From: Macrostomum hystrix | Lineage: Eukaryota; Animalia; Platyhelminthes | Length of the DNA: 64,000 nucleotides | Direction of reading: 5' to 3' | Assembly (NCBI GenBank): GCA_950097015.1 | Contig: CATNEN010000011.1 | Location: forward strand, 3,224,001 to 3,288,000 | Shown: positions 1-12,008 of the stretch, one piece after another | How positions within the stretch are numbered: position 1 is the stretch's first letter | How the letters are laid out: every line of letters begins with the position of its first letter | Translations under genes and position numbers: made by a program | Notes under the pieces: generated by a model | Database searches by the model: none | Told to the model about the DNA's origin: nothing | The model's input: the letters and a program-made list of their open reading frames with translations, nothing else

Positions 1-631
1 TAAGATCGACTTTTATCCTTATAGAACACGTCGATCCTAAACTCAATCCTAAGTTTGATCTTAAGATTGAACTCAAGTTCGTAAAACACCCCCCTGCGCA
101 CGAAATCCTACTTAGAACCAATAAGCCAACGAAATTAGTGGTCTGACACAAATCTTTTTTGCTCCGTAAGACACAATTAAGCCGCAATCTTATTGGGCAA
201 ATAAAAAGTCCAAACTAGACAATCTGAAAAGCGCCTTACGAAGGTTTTAGAACTGGTTTAATTCAGAATTGTTGACTCGGAAACAGGTGGGGTAAAGGAC
301 TAGCTCAAAGTATTGACAGTCAGACTAATAGTGTGCAAAACAATTCTAATTGATTTCCAATTGTGAGTATAAAGCTTTTTCGGCCACTAATTGGTCCTTG
401 ATCAACTTAATCAAGTGTGCTAGGTTCCTTTAAGTGAAATTAAATATAAATTCAAAGTACGAAAAGCACCGAATAAAGTTATTCGTCGTCTCATGGGTCC
501 TTTTCAAACATCCAAACATTTTTTGATTCCTAACCCATTTATAAGGCAAGTTCCTGTTTTCTTAGAACGTTTGATCGGCCTGCTACCTATTAGTTCTCTC
601 ACCTGTAAAAACATTCTATCAGCTGTTAGTC

Positions 632-915
632 AGTAGCATCAGCTTAGTCAGTTGCATCAGCTGATAGACAGTTGCATCAGCTGATAGACAGTTGCATCAG
701 CTGATAGACAGTTGTATCAGCTGATAGACAGTTGCATCAGCTGATAGACAGTTGCATCAGCTGATAGACAGTTGCATCAGCTGATAGACAGTTGCATCAG
801 CTGATAGACAGTTGCATCAGCTGATAGACAGTTGCATCAGCTGATAGACAGTAGCATCAGCTGATAGACAGTTGCATCAGCTGATAGACAGTTGCATCAG
901 CTGATAGACAGTTGC
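632..915. repeat. 20-bp minisatellite (ATCAGCTGATAGACAGTTGC), about 14 copies
   Basis: Directly visible tandem array upstream of the tetraspanin gene. Confidence 0.95.
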
Positions 916-989
916 GCTGTCTGTTAGAAAATTACTAATTGCTCAACAACTCAATCTCGGAAGCTGCAGGTAAACGGAAAGCTTCGTAC

Positions 990-2276
990 ATGGCGCACCG
1001 TCAACGCCGACGCTGCAGTCGGGCAGCTCGAGACAGCGTCCGCGGAGCCATGAAGGCAGCCGTCCTGGTTTTGAACGCCGGCGCTGTGTTCTTCTCCGTG
1101 GTGGTGCTGTCGTCAGGAGCTCTGATCGGCAGCTCGGATGCCTCCACCGTGACGGCGCACATCTGGAATCGGGTCAAACAAATGCCCAGGTGCGTGGCCT
1201 CTGATTTAAATAAGATAACTTTTTATTTATCACCGCAGGTAGTGTCAACAGGCAGTATTAACTAGTAGTGTAGCTTCCCTGTAGTCTCAACATGTAGAGT
1301 CAAATGGTAATGTCATCAGGTTAACTTTAACATATAGCTTCGAAGTTAGTGTTATATTTACTCGTGGTAATAACAGGTAGTGCCCATGGATAGTGTCAAC
1401 AGGTTATGTCAACAGGTAGTGTCAGCAGGTAGAGTGGTAAGAAGATGTAGTCAAAGGTGGAGTCATAACAGGCCTGCACTATGGGTCCTGAGTTCGTGTC
1501 CCCATCCGTGTGTGTGTGTGTGCGCTCAGGAGTCGGTCATCATTCGCATAAAATCTGCCTGTAGATACTCAGCACTCTACACTGGCATGCACTACTCTGC
1601 CGACACCGCCTATCAGACGTGCTTCACCTGGCCCGCAAACATTCTCTCCCTGATGGGTCTGGGTGGACTTCTTCTAGCCATCTCCACAATGGCAGCGGTC
1701 ACGTGCGGCAGTCGACAGGCACTGCAGGTCCAGGCCGGTGTCTCGGCCATCTGCCTGCTGTGCCTCCTGAGCCTCATGATGGCCGTGAGCTTCGGAGATC
1801 TGCAAATTAAAGCTCAGAGCAGCTTGAAAGCTCAGGTGCTCGCCTGGACAGCAGCCTACTCAGCCTCGACAGCGTCTAGCAGCGTCGGCGGTTCGACCAC
1901 CCTGAGCAGCAGCTCGACGGTTGCTTTCGGCACCGCTTTTCTCGACTATCTGCAGATGACTCGCAAGTGCTGCGGTTGGACGAACTACAGCGACTATCCG
2001 GCGGCTGTTGGCGTCCCAATCAGCTGTTGCCAGCTCGACTCCACTCTGAGCATCCCGATCAGTGTCAGCTGTCTGAGTGGCACGAATTCGACCTACGGTT
2101 GGTACAATGTCGGTTGCAGTCGTCTTTACAATGACCTGCTGGTTCGCTATATTCCGCAGGCCTCTGCGGCGGCAGTCATGCTGCTGGCATCCACGGTGCT
2201 CATCGGAGCAATGTCCTGCCTGACGGTGGCTAATCGTGACTTTGTGCGCATGCTGCGAGAGACCGCTGCTGAGTAG
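990..2276 (+). CDS. Tetraspanin-family protein, about 303 aa; join(990..1189,1565..2276)
   Basis: Four hydrophobic segments. The large extracellular loop has CCG (RKCCGW), PxSCC (VPISCC) and a distal GC. The donor AG|GTGCGT at 1190 and acceptor CCTGTAG at 1564 are phase-compatible and give QMPR-YSALY. Confidence 0.8.
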
Positions 2277-3376
2277 TGTGTCACGGTTTTTTGTCTTCAG
2301 GTGTTCCGGCAAATACTAGCCATACTTGCTTACCGGTTTTATTTCAAATTTATAACATTGTTGCTAATCTTTTAAACGAATAAATTGACTGTTTCATTTC
2401 CATCCAATTAAATCACCAATTTGCCCTAAATACTAAAAGTGTATTCTTATTCGATTCAATACAAAAGTGTTTTACGTACAGACAGCGGTGCCTGTAAAGA
2501 CAGCACAACTGACTGGAGGGCTGAGGGAATCAACTGTCCTGCTTAACAGGTCACGAATTGTTTCTCATGGGCTGAGGTTTGAGCCACTGATCTAATAGTC
2601 AGGAGTTAGAAGCTCTATGCCTCTTTAACCACAGGGATAAAAGCTCACATAGAGGAACATTGTAGTACACACAACGCAAGTCATACCCATGATCTTACTA
2701 ATTACTACCTTAATGTACGACATAATAACAACTAAGACTTTTTTAGCATTGAATAAGCTTGGTGCGACGCATATTTTAACCAGTTGGAAAATATTCTCTT
2801 TTAGTCAATTCTTGAATATCTCATTATCTACGGCCAGATTAAATTTTGCCAGGCTAAATAATTAACTAAATATTTTACTAATTCTGACAAACGCTTGAAC
2901 CTGTTGGTATACTGTTTTCTGAAGTATAACAATTAAAATGTAATACTTAGCATATGGCAAAGAAAGGCTTTAAACAATGACCGCTTAGATTTGATATACG
3001 ATTTATTAAATATCGAAAGTAAAAAACTATTATATTTCATTAACAAAAACACCGTTTATGTACTTTTGTCCAAGTATAACAAGTCGGAGAGTGCATTAGG
3101 AGTAAAATAATCATGACAAGCAACAATGTCACAGCTACAATTGAGAGCCTACAAGCCGCTTATGGGATAATTGTTCCAGCATGAAATTTACGCAAATATG
3201 CCAAGAATAATGGGAGTTAGGTGCAATGACTTGAGTGGGTACACCATAGACCACAAATTGAAGTCGGATGAGACAATGAGCATTACAATGGGTACATATA
3301 AGCGAGGGTTTGCTCACACTTGAACTCATACTTCAGTAACTGTTCAGTAACTCCTGCAGATAATTGGCACATCGAT

Positions 3377-4753
3377 TCAGGCAGTTTCTGTGACGGCCTG
3401 ATCTGTGTTCACATCCTGCTGCTTGGTGTGGTGCTGACAGCAGCCTACCTTCAGCTTCTCCTTCATGCCGCGCACCAGGGTGTCCTCCTCTTCTGTGGTC
3501 TCGTGTGTGTGCTGCACCAGCATCTCGCTGCCACGGGTGACGCCCCAGTTGTCCGGCCGGCTGAGGGCGGAAGAGTACGGCCTGCCGCTGGCGGGGTTGA
3601 TGTTCTCCCAGTACTCGCGATTGGCGCGGACTCGAACCCACGGCTTGGTGTGCATCTTCAGGCCCCCTCCCCAGACCATGTGCTTCTCGGAGCCGGCGGG
3701 TAGGCGACCTCCGCGCTCGGCGGACAGCTCCTCGGCCAGTGCCCGGATGTGGTAGGGCTCGAAGCCGCAGCAGCCGCCGATGTAGCGAACTCCCAGCTCG
3801 AAGGCGGCCCTGGCGTAGCGGTGCATGTCCCAGCGGGTGCAGATGCGGCTTTCAAGGGCGAACGGAAACTCGGGCAGGTCGATGAAGCCCTGCTTGCCAG
3901 CGTCAGGAGTCATGTAGGCCAACGGCTGGCACATGAGGTGGGCCTTGAGATTCGCTCGCTCCAGTCCCTCCTTCATCAGCTTGACAGTCTCCAGGCTGAC
4001 GAACGGGTCGAAGTGGCAGTTCACGCCGACAATCTTGGCTCCGGCGCGAACCAGACGGACGGCGCAGTCGCCAGCGGAGACTCCGTGCATGTCGCCCTGG
4101 GGTCCGATGCACATGCTGCAGGCCACGGGCACATTCATCTCCAGGCCCACCTCGATGGCCCACTCGGCCTCTTCAACATGCTCGAAGTACTCGCACAGGA
4201 TGAAGTCGACGCCCTCGTCCCTGAAGGCACGCATCTGGCCGCGGAAGATCTCCTTAGTGTCCTCCTTGGTGGCGCCGCTCAGGTAGGTCGGCGTCTGGCA
4301 CACGCCACCGAGGAACAGGGCGCCGCCCTCCTGAGCCACCTCGCGGGCCATTCGACACGCGGCAGCGTTAATGTTGGTGCACTGTTAGGAGGGCCACGGG
4401 TATCAGAGGGAAAGTGAATTCCAAGCTGAGCTAGGGAAAATCATGAATCCGATTAATGCATAATCTAAACCGCTGCTCACCCCAAACTTCTGCGAGGCCT
4501 GGTTGCCGCGGTTTGACAGCTTGTCGTCGCTAGCGTAGAAGGTAAACGCCTGCATGACGTCAGCGCCGGCGCGCAAGAATTCGCGGTGCAGCTGGCGCAC
4601 GGCCTCCGGGTGCTCGACCACTGCCTCCGGGGTCCACGGACCGGCCTTGACGTAGCCGCGCTTCTCCAGCGCGAACACGAAACCGCCATCACCGATGACA
4701 ACTTCGCCGTTGTCAAGGCGCTCCAGAATGCCGCGTCGCTCAATGGTGCCCAT
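3377..4753 (-). CDS. BHMT: Betaine-homocysteine S-methyltransferase, copy 1, 425 aa; complement(join(3377..4381,4481..4753))
   Basis: Motifs [31 protein letters not shown] and EYFEHVEEA; Zn ligands in GVNCHFDP and [11 protein letters not shown]. Single 99-nt phase-0 GT-AG intron after KFG. Confidence 0.96.
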
Positions 4754-4870
4754 TATATTGCAGTTGACGGTGGCGGAAAGTCTCCGAAATATTCCACTGG
4801 AATCCTTGTCACTATAGACTGTCTCGGAAGATTTTTAGTTGGGGGAAAGTAGGACTGGAATGGAATTTTC

Positions 4871-4879
4871 CTATTTATA
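4871..4879 (-). promoter_or_regulatory. Putative TATA box (TATAAATAG) of BHMT copy 1
   Basis: Consensus TATA about 120 nt upstream of the ATG on the minus strand. Confidence 0.5.
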
Positions 4880-6254
4880 GGCGCGGCCGTTTCCGATGAC
4901 CTTGGTACCGGCAGCCTGTTGGTCGGCCGGTTCTGCAAGGCTTCGAAACCGGAGTTGACCGAACCGGTCGCAACCGGTTTTGTTGCTTGCTCAGTGCGCC
5001 CATCGACTGTCGTCGAGTTGCGAAACTCACCAGCTCCCATTGTACGAGCGGGGTTGATGTCTGTTTTCGACTTCAGTCCGGTTTTTTCAGATTGGCCCGC
5101 TGAGCTTTTGGCCTTTGGGGCGGGACTCGGCTAAACGTCACGGGACTTCGCGCTAAGGCAGAGAGATAAGGAGAGGTCAGCCGTGTGTGGGTGTGGCGAA
5201 ATCTAGGGTACGTTTAGAGCAGAGTTCTGGAACCGGTTTTGTTTTCATTTCAATTTTTACTCCACCACCTCTTCCGATTTGTCTAAAGCCCCCCTGCCTG
5301 TCATTGTGCTGCGTTTTATCGGTAAGATTTGTCTGTCAGTCGGTCGGTGGCCTCGAGTGAGGAGGTGGGGCGCGCGTCAAGCTTATCTTAGATTATTTCA
5401 TATCACGTGACTTAGCACGCGGACCAGCCATGTACATTGCCAGTCTATTTTCTCTCTCTCAGCTGTGTTTGTGTGTATAGGACGGTAGTAGGATCAGTTT
5501 GAGTGCAACTATTTGTCAATAGCCATTTATTGAACCCGAAATCTACCTATACTTTTTACTGAAGTAAGAAACTCCACAGTATAGTTGATTATCAACAAAC
5601 CCAGTTATAACCGGTTCGTTCGCTTTGCTTCAAGTGGCGGTAGGCAAAAATTTCAAGGGCTTGTTAAGCTTGCGAATAGGCTCGTCAACAGCGGAATGAG
5701 GAATTTTCCGTTTACTAATTAACTAAATTTTTGACAAGTAGAAATTTCCAGCAAGTCAGATCTTTCCAATTTGATATTTTAAAAGCAGCTAATAGAAAAT
5801 TATGTTGACGAACTGCTTAAGGCTTCTGTCACTAGCCTCTAGGCCTCAAGTACCATCTGCTACGGGCTACTGTGGTGCATTGCGCAGACTCCCTTTGTCC
5901 GCTAGTCTACCTGTCAGGTGAGTAATTTTGAGTTTATAGCTGCTTTTGTAATCAACTTTTAAACATACAATGTCATAGAATATGATTCTCAGATAATGTT
6001 CATCGTTTCTCAGAATAATCGTACTATAATTTATAGTATAATTTAGGCAGTGCACTTTTTAAAAAAGGTCTTTTTTGTAGAACATTTAATAGTTTTTTAT
6101 CAGGAGAGCAAAATTTCCTGACGTTGGACTTTGTTATTGTTATGTAGTATTTCCTAAATGTGCCTAGGATTTCTGCTAATTTAGTATTTCGCTAGTTTAC
6201 ATAGGATTTCGGTAAATGTAGGTTTTCATTGATTCTTGATTTTTGGTAGGGCCT

Positions 6255-6480
6255 AATATACGAGCACGTAGTATTTCGGTAATGCAATATTTTAGTAATT
6301 TCAGTTTTCTGAAATGAAGGATTTGGTAATGCAGGATTTCGGTATTGCAGGATTTCGGTAATGTAGTATTTCGATAATGTAGGATTTCGGTAATGTTGGA
6401 TTTCAGTAATGTTGGATTTCAGTAATGCAGGATTTGGGTAATGCAGGATTTCGGTAATGCAGGATTTGGGATACCCAGGA
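6255..6480. repeat. Degenerate 16-bp tandem repeat (GTAATGCAGGATTTCG-like)
   Basis: Visible periodicity; explains spurious ORF 6192..6590. Confidence 0.8.
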
Positions 6481-6689
6481 TTTGGCTGGGTAGCTTTCAG
6501 GGAAAACAGAATCACGTGATTAGATTGCTCTAAATTTAGAGTAAATATAAATATTTTTGTTATCCAAATGTTTGCGAGCATTGAATTCACGTATAGGCCA
6601 CATTTTAGGAGTGAATTGAATTCACGTATAGGCCTCAGTTTAGGAGTGAATAAGGTAGCTTAATTTGGTATGGGAGTTAGGTAGAGATT

Positions 6690-7508
6690 AAGTTAGGGAG
6701 AGTTTGAGTTAGGGAGAGTTTGAGTTAGGGAGAGTTTGAGTTAGGGAGAGTTTGAGTTAGGGAGAGTTTGAGTTAGGGAGAGTTTGAGTTAGGGAGAGTT
6801 TGAGTTAGGGAGAGTTTGAGTTATGGAGAGTTTGAGTTAGGGAGAGTTTGAGTTAAGGAGAGTTTGAGTTAGGGAGGGTTTGAGTTAGGGAGAGTTTGAG
6901 TTAGGGAGAGTTTAAGTTAAGGAGAGTTTCAGTTAGGGAGAGTTTGAGTTAGGGAGAGATTGAGTTAGGGAGAGTTTGAGTTTAAGGAGAGTTTCAGTTA
7001 GGGAGAGTTTGAGTTTAAGGAGAGATTAAGTTAGGGAGAGTTTGAGTTAGGGAGGGTTTGAGTTAGGGAGAGATTGAGTTAGGGAGAGTTTGAGTTAGGG
7101 AGGGTTTGAGTTAGGGAGAGATTGAGTTAGGGAGGGTTTGAGTTAGGGAGAGATTGAGTTAGGGAGAGTTTGAGTTAGGGAGAGTTTGAGTTAAGGAGTG
7201 TTTCAGTTATGGAGAGTTTGAGTTAGGGAGAGTTTGAGTTAGGGAGAGTTTCAGTTAGGGAGAGTTTGAGTTAGGGAGAGTTTGAGTTAGGGAGAGTTTG
7301 AGTTAGGGAGAGTTTGAGTTAGGGAGAGTTTGAGTTAGGGAGAGTTTGAGTTAGGGAGAGTTTGAGTTAGGGAGAGTTTGAGTTAGGGAGAGTTTGAGTT
7401 AGGGAGAGTTTGAGTTAGGGAGAGTTTGAGTTAGGGAGAGTTTGAGTTAGGGAGAGTTTGAGTTAGGGAGAGTTTGAGTTAGGGAGAGTTTGAGTTAGGG
7501 AGAGTTCA
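6690..7508. repeat. 16-bp minisatellite (AGTTTGAGTTAGGGAG) containing TTAGGG, about 50 copies
   Basis: Directly visible; the plus strand is almost free of C. Confidence 0.95.
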
Positions 7509-7576
7509 GAAACGAAAATTTTCAAGTTTTGTTTACAGAAATGTAGCTACTTTTATCTATATACAAAAAACGGAAA

Positions 7577-7795
7577 GGAGGTTGTTGCCTAGTGGTTAGA
7601 GCGTCGGTCCTCGAGACTTAAAGGACGGGGGTTCGATTCCCGACTCCACTGGAGCAATGTGTCCTTTAGCAAGCCACTTAACTATGCACTGCTTCAGTTC
7701 ACCAGAACTAGCTGGGGTAAAAATGGAGTGTGGTTGTGCGTCCTACACTGTCCATGGACTGAACAGCCGTACGCAGCCTTCAGATGCGCCGCATT
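7577..7795 (+). mobile_element. tRNA-derived SINE with CORE-like domain (family A)
   Basis: tRNA-like head with A box (TAGTGGTTAGAGCG) and B box (GGTTCGATTCC), followed by GTGTCCTTTAGCAAGCCACTTAAC...CTTCAGTTCACC. A second copy lies at about 51790..52072 on the minus strand. Confidence 0.8.
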
Positions 7796-8566
7796 AAAAT
7801 AAAAGAAATAGTTTTTCTCTACTAAAAATGTATATTTCTACAATCTTGGTAATCCAGTGTATGTATTTTAAATCCAGGTTTGTATTTGTTGCTTTGAGCT
7901 TGAACATAAGCCTGTTTAGTGTTTCCGTGTTTTTTGCACTCTCCAGTACAGTGCAGGCGCAGCTAGAATAACAAAACTTGCTATTGCCATGCTACTGCAT
8001 TTGTTCTTTAGATAGACCCTATTAACTGTGGAACTGTGGAGCTGTTTGAGCAGACCAGATTAAGGTTTGAGAACAGAAAGAGCACGATCACAGCTAGCTA
8101 GTCAGTGACAGAATTTCAGTCCGAAAAACACATGGCAAGAAGATTAGATTAAGTTTGAGCACATTTCTTCCTATAGTTACTAAACAGTATTGTAAGAATA
8201 ATTGTGTCATGTGCAACTGGCTTGCTGTTGCTGTCTATTCACATTCATGCGATAGGCCAACAACATTTGTTTTGATAATGGCTTCGCCTTCAACCAGTTC
8301 TGCCCAGTTTGCGCGAGTTTTCTCTGGCTGCTGGGGGTGGGGGTGAATGAAAACCGGTTTCAGCCGGTTTTTATAAGTCGCGGCGCGTCAACAATTTTAG
8401 TCCTCTGCTCTGTGTGTGTGGCAGCGAGAGAAGAAAGATACAGAAGTGACCTTGACGAAGGGTGTGTAGAAGCAGAAGGGTCACAAGCGCGAGAGACAAG
8501 GCAATCAAAGCAATCTTGAATAACTTCACAGAATCACAGCTCTATATGCATGTATATAGATGCAGA

Positions 8567-11500
8567 GATATTATCAATCCTCCTGGATATTATGAATCCT
8601 CCGAGATATTATGAATCCTCCGAGATATTATGAATCCTGCGAGATATTATGAATCCTCCGAGATATTATGAATCCTCCGAGATATTATGAATCCTCCGAG
8701 ATATTATGAATCCTCCGAGATATTATCAATCCTCCTGGATATTATGAATCCTCCGAGATATTATGAATCCTCCGAGATATTATCAATCCTTCTGGATATT
8801 ATGAATCCTCCGAGATATTATGAATCCTCCGAGATATTATGAATCCCCGAGATATTATGAATCCTCCTGGATATTATGAATCCTCCGAGATATTATCAAT
8901 CCTCCTGGATATTATGAATCCTCCGAGATATTATCAATCCTTCTGGATATTATGAATCCTCCGAGATATTATCAATCCTTCTGGATATTATGAATCCTCC
9001 GAGATATTATGAATCCTCCGAGATTTTATGAATCCTCCGAGATATTATGAATCCTCCGAGATATTATGAATCCTCCTGGATATTATGAATCCTCCGAGAT
9101 ATTATGAATCCCCGAGATATTATGAATCCTCCTGGATATTATGAATCCTCCGAGATATTATGAATCCTCCGAGATCTTATGAATCCCCGAGATATTATGA
9201 ATCCTCCTGGATATTATGAATCCTCCGAGATATTATGAATCCTAAGGGACATTATGAATCCTAAGGGACATTATGAATCCGACGGGACATTATGAATCCC
9301 ACGGGACATTATGAATCCTAAGGGACATTATGAATCCTACGGGACATTATGAATCCTACGGGACATTATGAATCCTAAGGGACATTATGAATCCTACGGG
9401 ACATTATGAATCCTCCGAGATATTATGAATCCTAAGGGACATTATGAATCCTAAGGGACATTATGAATCCTAAGGGACATTATGAATCCCACGGGACATT
9501 ATGAATCCTAAGGGACATTATGAATCCTACGGGACATTATGAATCCTACGGGACATTATGAATCCTAAGGGACATTATGAATCCTACGGGACATTATGAA
9601 TCCTCCGAGATATTATGAATCCTAAGGGACATTATGAATCCTAAGGGACATTATGAATCCTAAGGGACATTATGAATCCCACGGGACATTATGAATCCTA
9701 AGGGACATTATGAATCCTAAGGGACATTATGAATCCTACGGGACATTATGAATCCTAAGGGACATTATGAATCCTAAGGGACATTATGAATCCCACGGGA
9801 CATTATGAATCCCACGGGACATTATGAATCCTAAGGGACATTATGAATCCTACGGGACATTATGAATCCTCCGAGATATTATGAATCCTAAGGGACATTA
9901 TGAATCCTAAGGGACATTATGAATCCTACGGGACATTATGAATCCTAAGGGACATTATGAATCCTACGAGATATTATGAATTCTCCGAGATATTATGAAT
10001 TCTCCGAGATATTATGAATCCCACGGGACATTATGAATCCTAAGGGACATTATGAATCCTAAGGGACATTATGAATCCTACGGGACATTATGAATCCTAA
10101 GGGACATTATGAATCCTACGGGACATTATGAATCCTCCAAGCTATTATGAATCCTCCGAGATCTTATAAATCCTGCGAAATCCTATGAATCCTCCGAGAT
10201 ATTATGAATCCTCCGAGATATTATGAATCCTCCTGGATATTATGAATCCTCCGAGATCTTATGAATCCCCGAGATATTATGAATCCTCCGAGATATTATG
10301 AATCCTCCGAGATATTATGAATCCTCCTGGATATTATGAATCCTCCGAGATATTATGAATCCTCCTGGATATTATGAATCCTCCGAGATATTATGAATCC
10401 TCCTGGATATTATGAATCCTCCTGGATATTATGAATCCTCCGAGATCTTATGAATCCCCGAGATATTATGAATCCTCCGAGATATTATGAATCCTCCGAG
10501 ATATTATGAATCCTACGGGACATTATGAATCCTACGGGACATTATGAATCCTAAGGGACATTATGAATCCTAAGGGACATTATGAATCCTATGGGACATT
10601 ATGAATCCGACGGGACATTATGAATCCTACGGGACATTATGAATCCTACGGGACATTATGAATCCCACGGGACATTATGAATCCTACGGGACATTATGAA
10701 TCCTAAGGGACATTATGAATCCTACGGGACATTATGAATCCTACGGGACATTATGAATCCTACGGGACATTATGAATCCTACGGGACATTATGAATCCTA
10801 CGGGACATTATGAATCCTACGGGACATTATGAATCCCACGGGACATTATGAATCCTAAGGGACATTATGAATCCTACGGGACATTATGAATCCTACGGGA
10901 CATTATGAATCCTACGGGACATTATGAATCCTCCAAGCTATTATGAATCCTCCGAGATCTTATAAATCCTGCGAAATCCTATGAATCCTCCGAGATATTA
11001 TGAATCCTCCGAGATATTATGAATCCTCCTGGATATTATGAATCCTCCGAGATCTTATGAATCCCCGAGATATTATGAATCCTCCGAGATATTATGAATC
11101 CTCCGAGATATTATGAATCCTCCTGGATATTATGAATCCTCCGAGATATTATGAATCCTCCTGGATATTATGAATCCTCCGAGATATTATGAATCCTCCT
11201 GGATATTATGAATCCTCCTGGATATTATGAATCCTCCGAGATCTTATGAATCCCCGAGATATTATGAATCCTCCGAGATATTATGAATCCTCCGAGATAT
11301 TATGAATCCTACGGGACATTATGAATCCTACGGGACATTATGAATCCTAAGGGACATTATGAATCCTAAGGGACATTATGAATCCTATGGGACATTATGA
11401 ATCCGACGGGACATTATGAATCCTACGGGACATTATGAATCCTACGGGACATTATGAATCCCACGGGACATTATGAATCCTACGGGACATTATGAATCCT

Positions 11501-11845
11501 AAGGGACATTATGAATCCTACGGGACATTATGAATCCTACGGGACATTATGAATCCTACGGGACATTATGAATCCTACGGGACATTATGAATCCTACGGG
11601 ACATTATGAATCCTACGGGACATTATGAATCCCACGGGACATTATGAATCCTAAGGGACATTATGAATCCTACGGGACATTATGAATCCTACGGGACATT
11701 ATGAATCCTACGGGACATTATGAATCCTACGGGACATTATGAATCCTAAGGGACATTATGAATCCTACGGGACATTATGAATCCCACGGGACATTACGAA
11801 TCCTAAGGGACATTATGAATCCTACGGGACATTATGAATCCTCCA
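8567..11845. repeat. 19-bp minisatellite with two unit types (GAGATATTATGAATCCTCC / GGGACATTATGAATCCTAC), about 170 copies, with higher-order structure
   Basis: Directly visible. A distinctive variant block (CCAAGCTATT...CTTATAAATCCTGCGAAATCC) recurs at about 10137 and 10934. Confidence 0.97.
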
Positions 11846-11952
11846 AATTCGGTTTAGTCAGATGTTTTCGTTGATTTCTCGTATCCTTCGTAAAAATCGT
11901 GTTAGAAATTCTTTGAAATTTTTCAAAAAGTAAACGTAATGAAACCCTAAAC

Positions 11953-11961
11953 GTATAAAAA
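11953..11961 (+). promoter_or_regulatory. Putative TATA box (GTATAAAAA) of DMGDH
   Basis: Consensus TATA 30-55 nt upstream of the candidate start codons. Confidence 0.45.
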
Positions 11962-12008
11962 GCATAATAAAATACTGGTCGATGTCAATGTGAACATGGT
12001 TTTTCCAA

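Noticed and set aside
2480-2640. Possible highly decayed SINE on the minus strand
   Set aside because: Only vague A/B-box and CORE resemblance; cannot be supported without alignment.
3320-4417. Antisense and alternative-frame ORFs over BHMT (also at 18782-20029 and 24981-26228) and over DMGDH, CS and GATD3
   Set aside because: Shadow ORFs of GC-rich coding sequence. Their recurrence reflects the duplicated BHMT DNA, not independent conservation.
7577-7650. tRNA genes here and at about 52000-52072 and 20340-20413
   Set aside because: A and B boxes are present, but I could not fold a complete cloverleaf with acceptor stem, and each continues into a shared repeat body. These are SINE heads.
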